From contig JBILMS010000025.1 in assembly GCA_044375415.1 (NCBI GenBank), positions 1-45,131 of the forward strand: a DNA stretch of 45,131 nt, written 5' to 3'. This DNA is from Flavobacteriales bacterium. GTDB taxonomy: Bacteria > Bacteroidota > Bacteroidia > Flavobacteriales_D > Sanyastnellaceae. Position 1 is the first letter of the stretch. The number at the start of each line of letters is the position of its first letter. This document shows, one piece after another, positions 37,237-45,131 of this stretch. Under the pieces are notes generated by a model. The model was given only the letters and a program-made list of their open reading frames with translations. It was not told the DNA's origin and searched no databases. The translations under genes and the position numbers were made by a program.

Positions 37237-40155
37237 TCAAAGCTCCGCTTTGAGAAACTTCCCCGTCCAACTGCCTTTCACTTTGCAAATTTCCTCCGGG
37301 GTGCCTTCTGCAACGATGTTCCCTCCGCCTGAACCGCCTTCGGGACCTACGTCTATGATGTGATCGGCGACTTTTATTACATCGAGGTTATGTTCTATTA
37401 CCAAAACCGTGTTTCCGCGATCTGCCAGTCGATCGAGTACGCTAATCAACATTTGAACATCTTGAAAGTGCAGTCCTGTGGTAGGCTCATCCAAGATATA
37501 AATGGTATTGCCGGTATCTCTTTTTCCTAGTTCTGTCGAGAGTTTTACGCGCTGGGCTTCACCACCGCTAAGTGTGGTGCTATGCTGACCTAAGGTGAGA
37601 TATCCCAATCCAACTTCTTGTAAGGTTTTTACAATGTGCAGTATGTTTCTGTGGTTTTCGAAAAACTCTACCGCCTGATCGACAGTCATTGCCAAAACAT
37701 CGGCTATACTTTTTCCTTTGTAACGAATATCAAGCGTTTCGCGGTTGTATCGTTTGCCTTTGCAGGTCTCACATTCGACAAAAACATCCGGCAAAAAGTT
37801 CATTTCAATGGTTCGAACTCCGGCTCCTTTGCACTCTTCGCAACGACCACCCGCTACATTAAAACTGAATCGTCCGGGCTTGTATCCACGAACTTTCGCT
37901 TCGGGCAAAGAGGAATATAATGAACGTATATCTGTGAAAATACCGGTGTAGGTCGATGGATTGCTGCGAGGTGTTCGACCAATTGGACTCTGATCGATCT
38001 CGATAACTTTATCGACAAAATTCAGTCCTTTGATCTTTTTATAAGACAACGGTTTCTTTACTCCATTGTAAATCTCTGCATTAAGAATAGGGTAGAGGGT
38101 CTGATTTATTAAAGATGATTTACCACTGCCACTAACACCCGTAACACAAATGAATTTGCCCAATGGCAGGCTTAATGTCACATTTTTAAGATTATGTCCA
38201 TTGGCTCCTTCTAAAACCAAAAATTTATTGTTCCCTTTTCTTCTAGTCTTAGGAACATCAATCTTCAAACTCCCTTTCAGATACTTGGCTGTAATGCTTT
38301 CTCCTTCAATAAGTTTAGAGGGGTGTCCGGCTGCAATAATTCGTCCACCGTGCACTCCGGCTCCGGGACCGATGTCGATAAGGTAATCACTTTCCAGCAT
38401 CATGTCCTTGTCGTGTTCTACAACAAGTACGCTATTTCCTCCATCACGTAAACTTTTGAGGGAGTTAATCAACTTGTGATTATCTCGCTGATGAAGTCCA
38501 ATACTCGGCTCATCCAAGATATATAATACTCCCACCAGCTTTGACCCGATCTGGGTGGCAAGACGAATTCGTTGTGCTTCTCCACCGCTCAGGGAGCGGG
38601 TTCCACGATGAAGGGTCAAGTATTCCAAACCCACATCAACCAAAAATCCTAATCGATTGCGAATCTCTTTTAGTGGTTCTCGGGCAATGGTCTTCTGGCG
38701 TTCGGAGAGATGTTTGTCCACATCTTTCATCCAATCGGCCAATTGTTTTAGGTCTAAGGCCGATAATTCAAAAATATTTTTATGGTTGATTCGGAAGTAC
38801 ATCGCTTCCTTTTTTAGTCTTGAACCCAAACACTCCGGACATGGTTTCTTATTCATGAAACTCTCCGCCCATCGCTGCAGGGCAGGACTAGAGTCTTCAT
38901 CTACCTGCTTTTCAATTTGGGCAATGATACCCTCAAATTTCATTGGATAAGTATGGCCAATAGAAGTTGTAATTTGAATTAACTCCTCGGTTCCATATAA
39001 AAGAGTATTAATTACCTCTTCATCCATGTCCTTCAAAGGAGTTTTCAAATCGGCTTGATAGTGCTTGAGAACCGCCTCAATTTGACTAAAAGTCCAGTTG
39101 TTTTTGGATTCTCCCAAGGCCACGATTCCTCCTTGTTTAATGCTCTTATCAAAGTCGGGTATGATTTTTTCGACGTCAATTTCGGCTACTTCACCCAAAC
39201 CATTGCAATGCGGACATGCCCCGTAGGGTGAGTTGAATGAGAACAAATTGGGCTCCGGTTCGGGATAAGAAATCCCCGATGTCGGACACATCAGATGCCT
39301 CGAATAATGCCTTATATCGTCAATGTTTTTGCTCTTTTTTCCCGCTACCTTTTTCCCCGTTTCTTCGGTATGCAACATCACCATCATACTGCCTTTTCCT
39401 AAGCGCATGGCAGTGCCCACCGATTGACGAAGGCGATTGATGGAAGCGGAACTTGTAGTAGCAAATAGTTTAGCACTCGCCCTTTTTTTTCCCGAGTTTT
39501 CAGGGGTTTCCGATTCTATATGCATGCGATCTACAACCAATTCAATATCGTGAATTTTGTAGCGATCGAGTTTCATGCCGGTGGTCATTTCAACAACGAC
39601 TCCGTCTACCCGAACACGGATGTACCCTTGTTTCATGAGTTGCTCGAAAAGCTCACGGTAATGGCCTTTCCGACCTTTGACCAACGGAGACAAGATGGCA
39701 ATTTTTTGATCGCGATAGGTTTCCTGAATCAAGTCAATTACCTGATCATCGCTATAGCGAACCATCTTTTCGCCGGTTTTATAGCTATAGGCATCGGAGG
39801 CCCTTGCATAAACCAAACGCAGAAAGTCATAGATTTCTGTAATAGTACCAACCGTCGATCTTGGATTTCGTGAAACAGTCTTTTGTTCTATAGAAATTAC
39901 GGGTGAGAGACCATTGATCTTATCCACATCCGGTCGTTCCATACTGCCCAAAAATTGACGAGCGTAGGCGCTGAAGGTTTCTATGTATCTCCTTTGACCT
40001 TCCGCATAGATCGTATCGAAGGCAAGTGAGGACTTGCCACTTCCACTCAAACCGGTAATAACCACTAGTTTGTTTCGTGGAATGATCAGATCAATATTTT
40101 TCAGGTTGTGCTCGCGGGCACCGTACACTTCTATGGTTTCTTCAGCTATCGACAT
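37237..40155 (-). CDS. uvrA: Excinuclease ABC subunit A
   Basis: Two ABC ATPase modules. Zinc fingers CPHCNGLG and CEECKGAG. 972 aa. Confidence 0.9.
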   Translation of the reverse strand: MSIAEETIEVYGAREHNLKNIDLIIPRNKLVVITGLSGSGKSSLAFDTIYAEGQRRYIETFSAYARQFLGSMERPDVDKINGLSPVISIEQKTVSRNPRSTVGTITEIYDFLRLVYARASDAYSYKTGEKMVRYSDDQVIDLIQETYRDQKIAILSPLVKGRKGHYRELFEQLMKQGYIRVRVDGVVVEMTTGMKLDRYKIHDIELVVDRMHIESETPENSGKKRASAKLFATTSSASINRLRQSVGTAMRLGKGSMMVMLHTEETGKKVAGKKSKNIDDIRHYSRHLMCPTSGISYPEPEPNLFSFNSPYGACPHCNGLGEVAEIDVEKIIPDFDKSIKQGGIVALGESKNNWTFSQIEAVLKHYQADLKTPLKDMDEEVINTLLYGTEELIQITTSIGHTYPMKFEGIIAQIEKQVDEDSSPALQRWAESFMNKKPCPECLGSRLKKEAMYFRINHKNIFELSALDLKQLADWMKDVDKHLSERQKTIAREPLKEIRNRLGFLVDVGLEYLTLHRGTRSLSGGEAQRIRLATQIGSKLVGVLYILDEPSIGLHQRDNHKLINSLKSLRDGGNSVLVVEHDKDMMLESDYLIDIGPGAGVHGGRIIAAGHPSKLIEGESITAKYLKGSLKIDVPKTRRKGNNKFLVLEGANGHNLKNVTLSLPLGKFICVTGVSGSGKSSLINQTLYPILNAEIYNGVKKPLSYKKIKGLNFVDKVIEIDQSPIGRTPRSNPSTYTGIFTDIRSLYSSLPEAKVRGYKPGRFSFNVAGGRCEECKGAGVRTIEMNFLPDVFVECETCKGKRYNRETLDIRYKGKSIADVLAMTVDQAVEFFENHRNILHIVKTLQEVGLGYLTLGQHSTTLSGGEAQRVKLSTELGKRDTGNTIYILDEPTTGLHFQDVQMLISVLDRLADRGNTVLVIEHNLDVIKVADHIIDVGPEGGSGGGNIVAEGTPEEICKVKGSWTGKFLKAEL

Positions 40156-40218
40156 ATCGGTTCAAAGATGAACACATAGGAGAATCACTTCGCGAAGAAA
40201 TTGTTCACATTGATACCT

Positions 40219-40908
40219 TTACAAACAAGGATATCCAAAAGAGCCTAGGAACATGAGCATGTCCGAAATATTTACGAATTGGTCGTTGTTTAGGTCGATG
40301 GAGCAACTTTCGGTTCCAAATGCACCTAAAAGAATGAGCAAATCTGCCGTGGTTACTTGGCCATCGTAGGAATAGTCTCCGGGGCATCCAGCGGGAGGAC
40401 TTGTAGCCAACAATTCGATTTGAGTCGATCGGGTAATCGACCAAATGCCGACTTCGTTTTTCGTTCTCACATACAGATTGTGAACTCCGGCGCTCAATCC
40501 TGTTGTGTTGATATGCTCACAGCCTGCTGCTGAATCATCCGAAAGGTTTATCGTTAGAGGTATTCCATTTCCCAAGCCCGGATCCAGGTCCCAAAAATAT
40601 TCTCCTTCGGCTAAATAAGAGACGAGGTAAATTTCTTTCGAATTTGTGATTCCAAAAGTACCATTTGCATTCAGCGCTCGGGTATAAAGGGTGTGTTTTC
40701 CCGTTGGCAATCCGGTAGTTGAAATATCAAACAATCCGGAAACTTCATCCGCCGGAACATCATACGCAACAAGGGTTCCATTGCCTAGTCCCGGATCAGT
40801 ATTCCAGAAATACTCGAAACCGGAAAGCTGAGAGAAAAAGGAAGGACTGAACGACAAAAGAAGTAAAGTCCAAACCCATTTTTGTGGGTTGAAAGTGGGC
40901 TTATTCAT
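40219..40908 (-). CDS. Secreted protein: two ~60-aa internal repeats plus dockerin-like C-terminal pair of Ca-binding repeats
   Basis: Signal peptide. Repeats FEYFWNTDPGLGNGTLV... and EYFWDLDPGLGNGIPL... C-terminal DYSYDGQVTTADLLILLGAFG and DLNNDQFVNISDMLMFLGSFG resemble dockerin type-I duplicated F-hand repeats. Confidence 0.45.
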   Translation of the reverse strand: MNKPTFNPQKWVWTLLLLSFSPSFFSQLSGFEYFWNTDPGLGNGTLVAYDVPADEVSGLFDISTTGLPTGKHTLYTRALNANGTFGITNSKEIYLVSYLAEGEYFWDLDPGLGNGIPLTINLSDDSAAGCEHINTTGLSAGVHNLYVRTKNEVGIWSITRSTQIELLATSPPAGCPGDYSYDGQVTTADLLILLGAFGTESCSIDLNNDQFVNISDMLMFLGSFGYPCL

Positions 40909-41923
40909 GTATCGCTGAGTTAACTTGAATGGTTATTGTGCTATTTACGGGGAACACATTGGTGGCCTCGACTGAAAGCGAACGAACAATCGGTATGTTA
41001 GGCTCGAGATCTTTTCTGTAGATACCGTCGCCACCGTATACCCCAATGTCTGCGCCATCTGTGCCGGTACCTATTGCCGGAGATCCAACTTGTAGTGCAA
41101 AATTGTGGGCCCAATTATATGTCCCGAGGGGATATGACACGAACAAGGGATTGGTGTTAGGGAAATTACCGGCTCCATTAAAATTCCCGTTTAAACAGGA
41201 AAAACTGATGTTTGCCGTGATATTCGACAGAAGATCGATGCTCGTGCAATTTCGTCCGATACAAATATTGTTGTGAAAAGTGTTGTTAGAGCCACTGAAT
41301 ACAATGGAGAGATTTCCATTTGCATTACCTAGAAACAAGTTGTTTTTGATGGTATTGGTTGAAACGTAATAAAGTATTCCTGCGAAAATGTTGTTGCGAA
41401 CATTGCTGCCTAAAAGGTTTGCAGAACTATTGTTTCCTGTCACATTAGGACCGGCACTAGTGAAAAGACAACCCTCGACGGTGCAATTGTTCCAATCGTC
41501 GTTGCTCAAGTAGAGGCAGTCGTCGATTTGACAGCGGATCACTTGGATACCTGAGAACAAGCTAACACCAGCATCCGTTGAGATGATCTGGAAAATTCGC
41601 AGTCCCATGAATTTACAATTGTTGGCGGTGGTGTTTGTGAGACTAACGACACCTAGTTGAGCAACTCCAGATGGACTGCCTGAACCCAAGTCAAATCCCG
41701 GTCCTATAAAAGTTAGCTGTTTATTGGTTGAAACTGCTCCATAGGTGACATCAGTTCCGGCCAAATAGACCGTATCCATTGGGTTGGCAGCGTTAATAGC
41801 AGCTTGCAGCGAAGAATACTGCCCCGGAGTGGCCATACTATTATTTACAATATGTATTACAGCCTTGCTTTCCAACGATATGCAAATCGCAGAAAGAAAA
41901 AATAAAGAGTATAAAATTCTCAT
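40901..41923 (-). CDS. Secreted right-handed parallel beta-helix repeat protein (pectate-lyase-like fold)
   Basis: Signal peptide MRILYSLFFLSAICISLESKA (start set at the internal Met). Repetitive N/G/I-rich beta-helix rungs (NNIFAG..NNLFLG..HNNICIG..). Confidence 0.55.
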   Translation of the reverse strand: MRILYSLFFLSAICISLESKAVIHIVNNSMATPGQYSSLQAAINAANPMDTVYLAGTDVTYGAVSTNKQLTFIGPGFDLGSGSPSGVAQLGVVSLTNTTANNCKFMGLRIFQIISTDAGVSLFSGIQVIRCQIDDCLYLSNDDWNNCTVEGCLFTSAGPNVTGNNSSANLLGSNVRNNIFAGILYYVSTNTIKNNLFLGNANGNLSIVFSGSNNTFHNNICIGRNCTSIDLLSNITANISFSCLNGNFNGAGNFPNTNPLFVSYPLGTYNWAHNFALQVGSPAIGTGTDGADIGVYGGDGIYRKDLEPNIPIVRSLSVEATNVFPVNSTITIQVNSAIHE

Positions 41924-41989
41924 GTGGTTTGGATAGAAATTGTTCAAGCAAATATAACAGAAGTGTTTCTTGTTTGTTCTTGATTTCAA

Positions 41990-42390
41990 TTAAGGAGTTT
42001 TAGATAATCGGGGAATGTTAAGGCTCTGTAATTAATGTGTGCTAAACCCTTTGTATTTAAAGTCCCAGAGGGGCGACATCTTAAAAGAAACGTGAATACC
42101 AAAATATACCCCCGTGAGGGAGAGAAGCGGAAAGCCCGCCATTAACAGAATGGGAAAGAGAATGAGTGCGACTTGCTATTTGCGAATGATTTTGAGATTC
42201 AAATTGGCGGCTTGTAGCGGATAGCCCGACCCCGCTGCACTGTGCTAGGTGGAGAGTGAGTGCGGCAATAGCGGGGGCACGGCAAAAGAGAGAGGGAGAA
42301 TGAGAGCTAGAGCGATTCCTTTTCACTACCCCAAAATTGATTTTTCTCACTTTCCGTCGTTACACGCTCCCCGTGGCTTAAACTTGCCAC
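41990..42390 (+). other. Long GA/GC-rich non-coding region upstream of kynA; candidate structured leader or ncRNA
   Basis: 400 nt without a credible ORF (the 42081..42350 minus-strand ORF is low-complexity S/H-rich). Purine-rich on the + strand (GAGGGAGAGAAGCGGAAAG, GGCAAAAGAGAGAGGGAGAATGAGAGC). Local GC above the window average. Several short GC stems (GCGGAAAGCCCGCC; CCCGC...GCGGG). Confidence 0.25.
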
Positions 42391-43395
42391 ATGTATTACA
42401 GCAACTACCTTCAACTCGATAAAATCCTGAATGCTCAGGATCTCGAAAGCGATAAACAGGAAAAACATGCTCACGATGAGATGTTGTTTATCATCATCCA
42501 TCAGTCCTATGAACTGTGGTTCAAACAGATACTCTTCGAAATGAGGTCTGTACACGGCATCTTGTCTCAACCTGCGATCAACGACAATTCACCGGAATTG
42601 GCCACCGTAGTGCGCCGATTAAATAGGGTAGTGGAGATCATGAAAGTGCTGGTACACAAAATCGACATTTTGGAAACGATGACTCCATTGGATTTCCTAG
42701 AATTTCGAGATATGTTGCGTCCAGCATCGGGTTTTCAAAGTATGCAGTTCAAAGAACTAGAAGCCGTTTTGGGTTTGAGAATGGAGCAACGTCATGGTAG
42801 AGAGTATTATACCAGTCAATTGACTCCCGACGACAAATCTAAAATTGAGGCTCTCAATAGCCATCAGACGGTGATTGAACTCATCAATCTCTGGCTCGAA
42901 CGGATGCCTTTCGACGACAACATTGTGGTAGATCACAAAACCGGAATGGAATTTTGGTTTGCCTACGCTGAAAGGTACAAGTCCACATTGCAGGAAGGGG
43001 AGAAGGAAAATGTGAAAGAATTTGAAAAACTCTTTTTGATGAATCACCAGGACGCGGAAAGAAAATTAACCCAATCTGCGCGTCGTGCTATTTTGTTTAT
43101 TATGTTGTACAGAGATTACCCCATTCTTCAAAATCCGTACAAAGTGTTAAACCATCTGTTGGAAATAGATGAGCTCTTGGCCAATTGGCGTTGGAGACAC
43201 ATGAACATGGTACACAGAATGGTGGGAAGCCGGATGGGAACAGGTGGTTCGTCGGGAAAAGGGTACTTGAGAGATGCCGCTTTAAAACACTACATTTTCT
43301 CGGAAATCGCCGAAATGAATTCCTTCCTGATACCGAGAAATTCACTACCGACACTTCCCGAAGAACTTGAAATGCACTTGGGATTTAGGAGTTAA
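42391..43395 (+). CDS. kynA: Tryptophan 2,3-dioxygenase
   Basis: MYYSNYLQLDKILNAQ...HDEMLFIIIHQSYELWFKQIL, typical TDO N-terminus and haem-pocket residues. Confidence 0.85.
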   Translation: MYYSNYLQLDKILNAQDLESDKQEKHAHDEMLFIIIHQSYELWFKQILFEMRSVHGILSQPAINDNSPELATVVRRLNRVVEIMKVLVHKIDILETMTPLDFLEFRDMLRPASGFQSMQFKELEAVLGLRMEQRHGREYYTSQLTPDDKSKIEALNSHQTVIELINLWLERMPFDDNIVVDHKTGMEFWFAYAERYKSTLQEGEKENVKEFEKLFLMNHQDAERKLTQSARRAILFIMLYRDYPILQNPYKVLNHLLEIDELLANWRWRHMNMVHRMVGSRMGTGGSSGKGYLRDAALKHYIFSEIAEMNSFLIPRNSLPTLPEELEMHLGFRS

Positions 43396-43460
43396 TTAGG
43401 GTTATGTAAGAATCGCTCATTTCGGTGAACTCCATGTGATTATTGATTTAATTTTATACA

Positions 43461-43595
43461 CAGGCCCCTCGGCTGCGCTCGGGGACCGCCCCGTTAGGTA
43501 AATATGAAAAAGAGAAAGGGGGCCGCGAAGCGACCCCCTTTCTCTTTTTCTTGACACACATAACAATCGGTCTCCGAGCGAAGCCGAGGGGCTCT
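43461..43595. terminator. Bidirectional terminator-like element: 26-bp imperfect inverted repeats (43461-43488 / 43568-43595) flanking a strong hairpin AGAGAAAGGGGGCCGC-GAA-GCGACCCCCTTTCTCT + T5 (43510-43549)
   Basis: Between convergent kynA (+) and the DUF423 gene (-). The inner hairpin has a ~13-bp GC-rich stem with U-runs on both sides. Confidence 0.6.
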
Positions 43596-43608
43596 TCATT
43601 CAGTGAAA

Positions 43609-44022
43609 TTAATCTCTAAATACTATTTGACCTCGTTTACCGAAAGTTAAGGCGAGCCAAATCCATCCTGAGATCATTAGCGATCCGCCTATCGGTGTAA
43701 TGGGTCCTAATATTCCTGTAAAACCCCAATTGATCATGTCTTTGGTGGCCAAAAAGTAGAGACTGCCACTGAAGAGCACCGTACCCGTTGTAACAAGCAA
43801 ACATGCCCAACGTTGTCTGCGATAAATGATTTCTTGCTGGTAAAGCGATACAGACAGTAATGCAGCGCCATTAATTAACTGATAGAAAACAGCCTTTTCC
43901 CAAACAGAAAGGGACTTTTCAGTGAGATGCGGCTCGAGTCCATGTGCACCAAAAGCACCAAGTAGTATACCAATTGCCAAAAGCAAAATCGGCATGGCCG
44001 GTTGTAAGATGTATTCTCTCAT
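43609..44022 (-). CDS. DUF423 family membrane protein (YgdD-like)
   Basis: GAFGAHGL motif. Four TM helices. 137 aa. Confidence 0.7.
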   Translation of the reverse strand: MREYILQPAMPILLLAIGILLGAFGAHGLEPHLTEKSLSVWEKAVFYQLINGAALLSVSLYQQEIIYRRQRWACLLVTTGTVLFSGSLYFLATKDMINWGFTGILGPITPIGGSLMISGWIWLALTFGKRGQIVFRD

Positions 44023-44732
44023 ATGTTTCTATAACTTATTATTTTGTGTCTAAGGAATCTGCTGTATGTCTCTTTAATTTTAAGGGGATCAACACCCATT
44101 CGAAACTGAAACATCGCAACAGTATTGGCAAAATTAACCCTCAGCCATGAGTTTTCATCGTATTTTCTTGCACTCACAAGTACGTCTTTCGGGATCAAAC
44201 AAAAACGTCCGAACTTTTTTGCCTTACGAAGTAGATCGTATTCCTCCATCACTACAAATTTTTCGTCGAAACCTCCCAGTTTCTCCCACATTTCACGGGT
44301 GATGAAAAGACTTTGATCGCCACCTCGAAAAGCCTCTATGTTGAATCGAGTCATCCAAGAATTAAATCGGAGCATTGGTTTGGAAGAATCAAAGCGAAAT
44401 CGATAACCGCCTATTTTATATCCTTTTCTTATTGAGCTCATTATATCTGATGCGAAGGTTGTAGGGGGTATAGTATCAGCATGTACGAAGTAGAAAATAT
44501 CTGCCTGAGAGGAGTAAGCAGCTGTGTTCATTTGTTTGGCTCTGCACCGGGCCTTTCCCTCAACCACTTTTACACCCAAATTCTGAGCAATTCGAATGGT
44601 TTCGTCATCGCTGTTTCCGTCTGAAACAATGATTTCAGCGACCAAATCTTCTCCATTTTCCTTCAAATAAGGAAGCAAGCGCCGTAAATGTCCGGCCTCA
44701 TTGAGTGTAGGAATAATTATAGTGATTTTCAT
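44019..44732 (-). CDS. Glycosyltransferase family 2
   Basis: MKITIIIPTLNEAGHL...VSDGNSDDET GT-A signature. 4-nt overlap with the DUF423 gene. Confidence 0.75.
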   Translation of the reverse strand: MKITIIIPTLNEAGHLRRLLPYLKENGEDLVAEIIVSDGNSDDETIRIAQNLGVKVVEGKARCRAKQMNTAAYSSQADIFYFVHADTIPPTTFASDIMSSIRKGYKIGGYRFRFDSSKPMLRFNSWMTRFNIEAFRGGDQSLFITREMWEKLGGFDEKFVVMEEYDLLRKAKKFGRFCLIPKDVLVSARKYDENSWLRVNFANTVAMFQFRMGVDPLKIKETYSRFLRHKIISYRNI

Positions 44733-44829
44733 TTCGATGCCAAATTACGGCCTAGTCATCAAAAGTAGGTTGTTCACTTTTAACGAAATAGCACTTGATT
44801 CGATCATTTTTATTTGTTTTCTTTGTTGG

Positions 44830-45131
44830 ATGTCCACCTTATTAAAAACTGCCATTTTTCTGTTCATTCCAATCGTGTGCAGTTCGTGCATGACTCCTCA
44901 ATCGGTAAGTACCGGAAATCCGGTTTCTCATTGGCTTTGGGACTCCTTGCTTAAAACGCATGTGAACTCAGTTGGTTTAGTTGATTATGAGGGATTTATT
45001 TCAGATAGCACTCAGCTGAATAAGTACTTGGAAATCCTCGAGCAAAATCACCCGGATGAAAAAACATGGTCGAAAAACGAAAAGTTGGCGTTTTGGATTA
45101 ACACCTACAACGCGTTTACGATTCGTCTGAT
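44830..45131 (+). CDS. DUF547-like lipoprotein (3' end truncated by window)
   Basis: Lipoprotein signal MSTLLKTAIFLFIPIVCSSC. WSKNEKLAFWINTYNAFTIRL matches the DUF547 core. Not in the supplied ORF track because it runs off the window. Confidence 0.55.
   Translation, partial: MSTLLKTAIFLFIPIVCSSCMTPQSVSTGNPVSHWLWDSLLKTHVNSVGLVDYEGFISDSTQLNKYLEILEQNHPDEKTWSKNEKLAFWINTYNAFTIRL

Noticed and set aside
42081-42350. 89-aa minus-strand ORF in the kynA upstream region
   Set aside because: Its S/H/A-rich low-complexity translation derives from the GA-rich sequence, and it has no start context. The region is treated as non-coding.
41990-42390. tmRNA, RNase P RNA or SRP RNA in the long non-coding region
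   Set aside because: I searched both strands by eye for the 3' GGUUCGAUUCC / UCCACCA tmRNA end, the tag-peptide ...YALAA* frame, the RNase P GGAAAGUCCGGGC and ACAGAA.CCGGCUUA motifs, and the SRP AGGUCAGG..GGAAGCAGC motif. None was present.

Overview
This 45 kb window looks like a chromosomal segment from a Bacteroidota (Flavobacteriia-like) genome of moderate GC.

**Housekeeping genes**
- The mostly collinear core genes are rho, pyrR-pyrB, prmA, tpiA, recQ, wecB, a DEAD-box helicase, coaE, rpe, uvrA and kynA.
- Between them sit outer-membrane and secreted proteins.
- Five of the secreted proteins carry a recognisable T9SS C-terminal sorting domain: a PQQ sugar dehydrogenase, a GH16 glucanase, a CotH/lamin-tail giant protein, a cysteine-rich protein and a small secreted protein.
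- There are two TPR + TolB-like beta-propeller + OmpA-like proteins, a TonB-dependent receptor, and a flotillin/NfeD pair.

**Accessory signal**
- Most of the unusual content is non-coding.
- An array of ~175-bp GC-rich repeats, each array preceded by a head hairpin, is split by a RelE/ParE-type toxin-antitoxin cassette at 7.1-8.5 kb.
- A tandem-duplicated C-rich element lies in the rho leader.
- Short tandem 7-8-mers occur in two intergenic regions.
- A family of palindromic GAGCGAAG-type and AATTATGA-type repeats recurs at several loci.
- A ~400-nt GA/GC-rich non-coding stretch sits upstream of kynA.

I found no CRISPR array, rRNA, tRNA, transposase or integrase.
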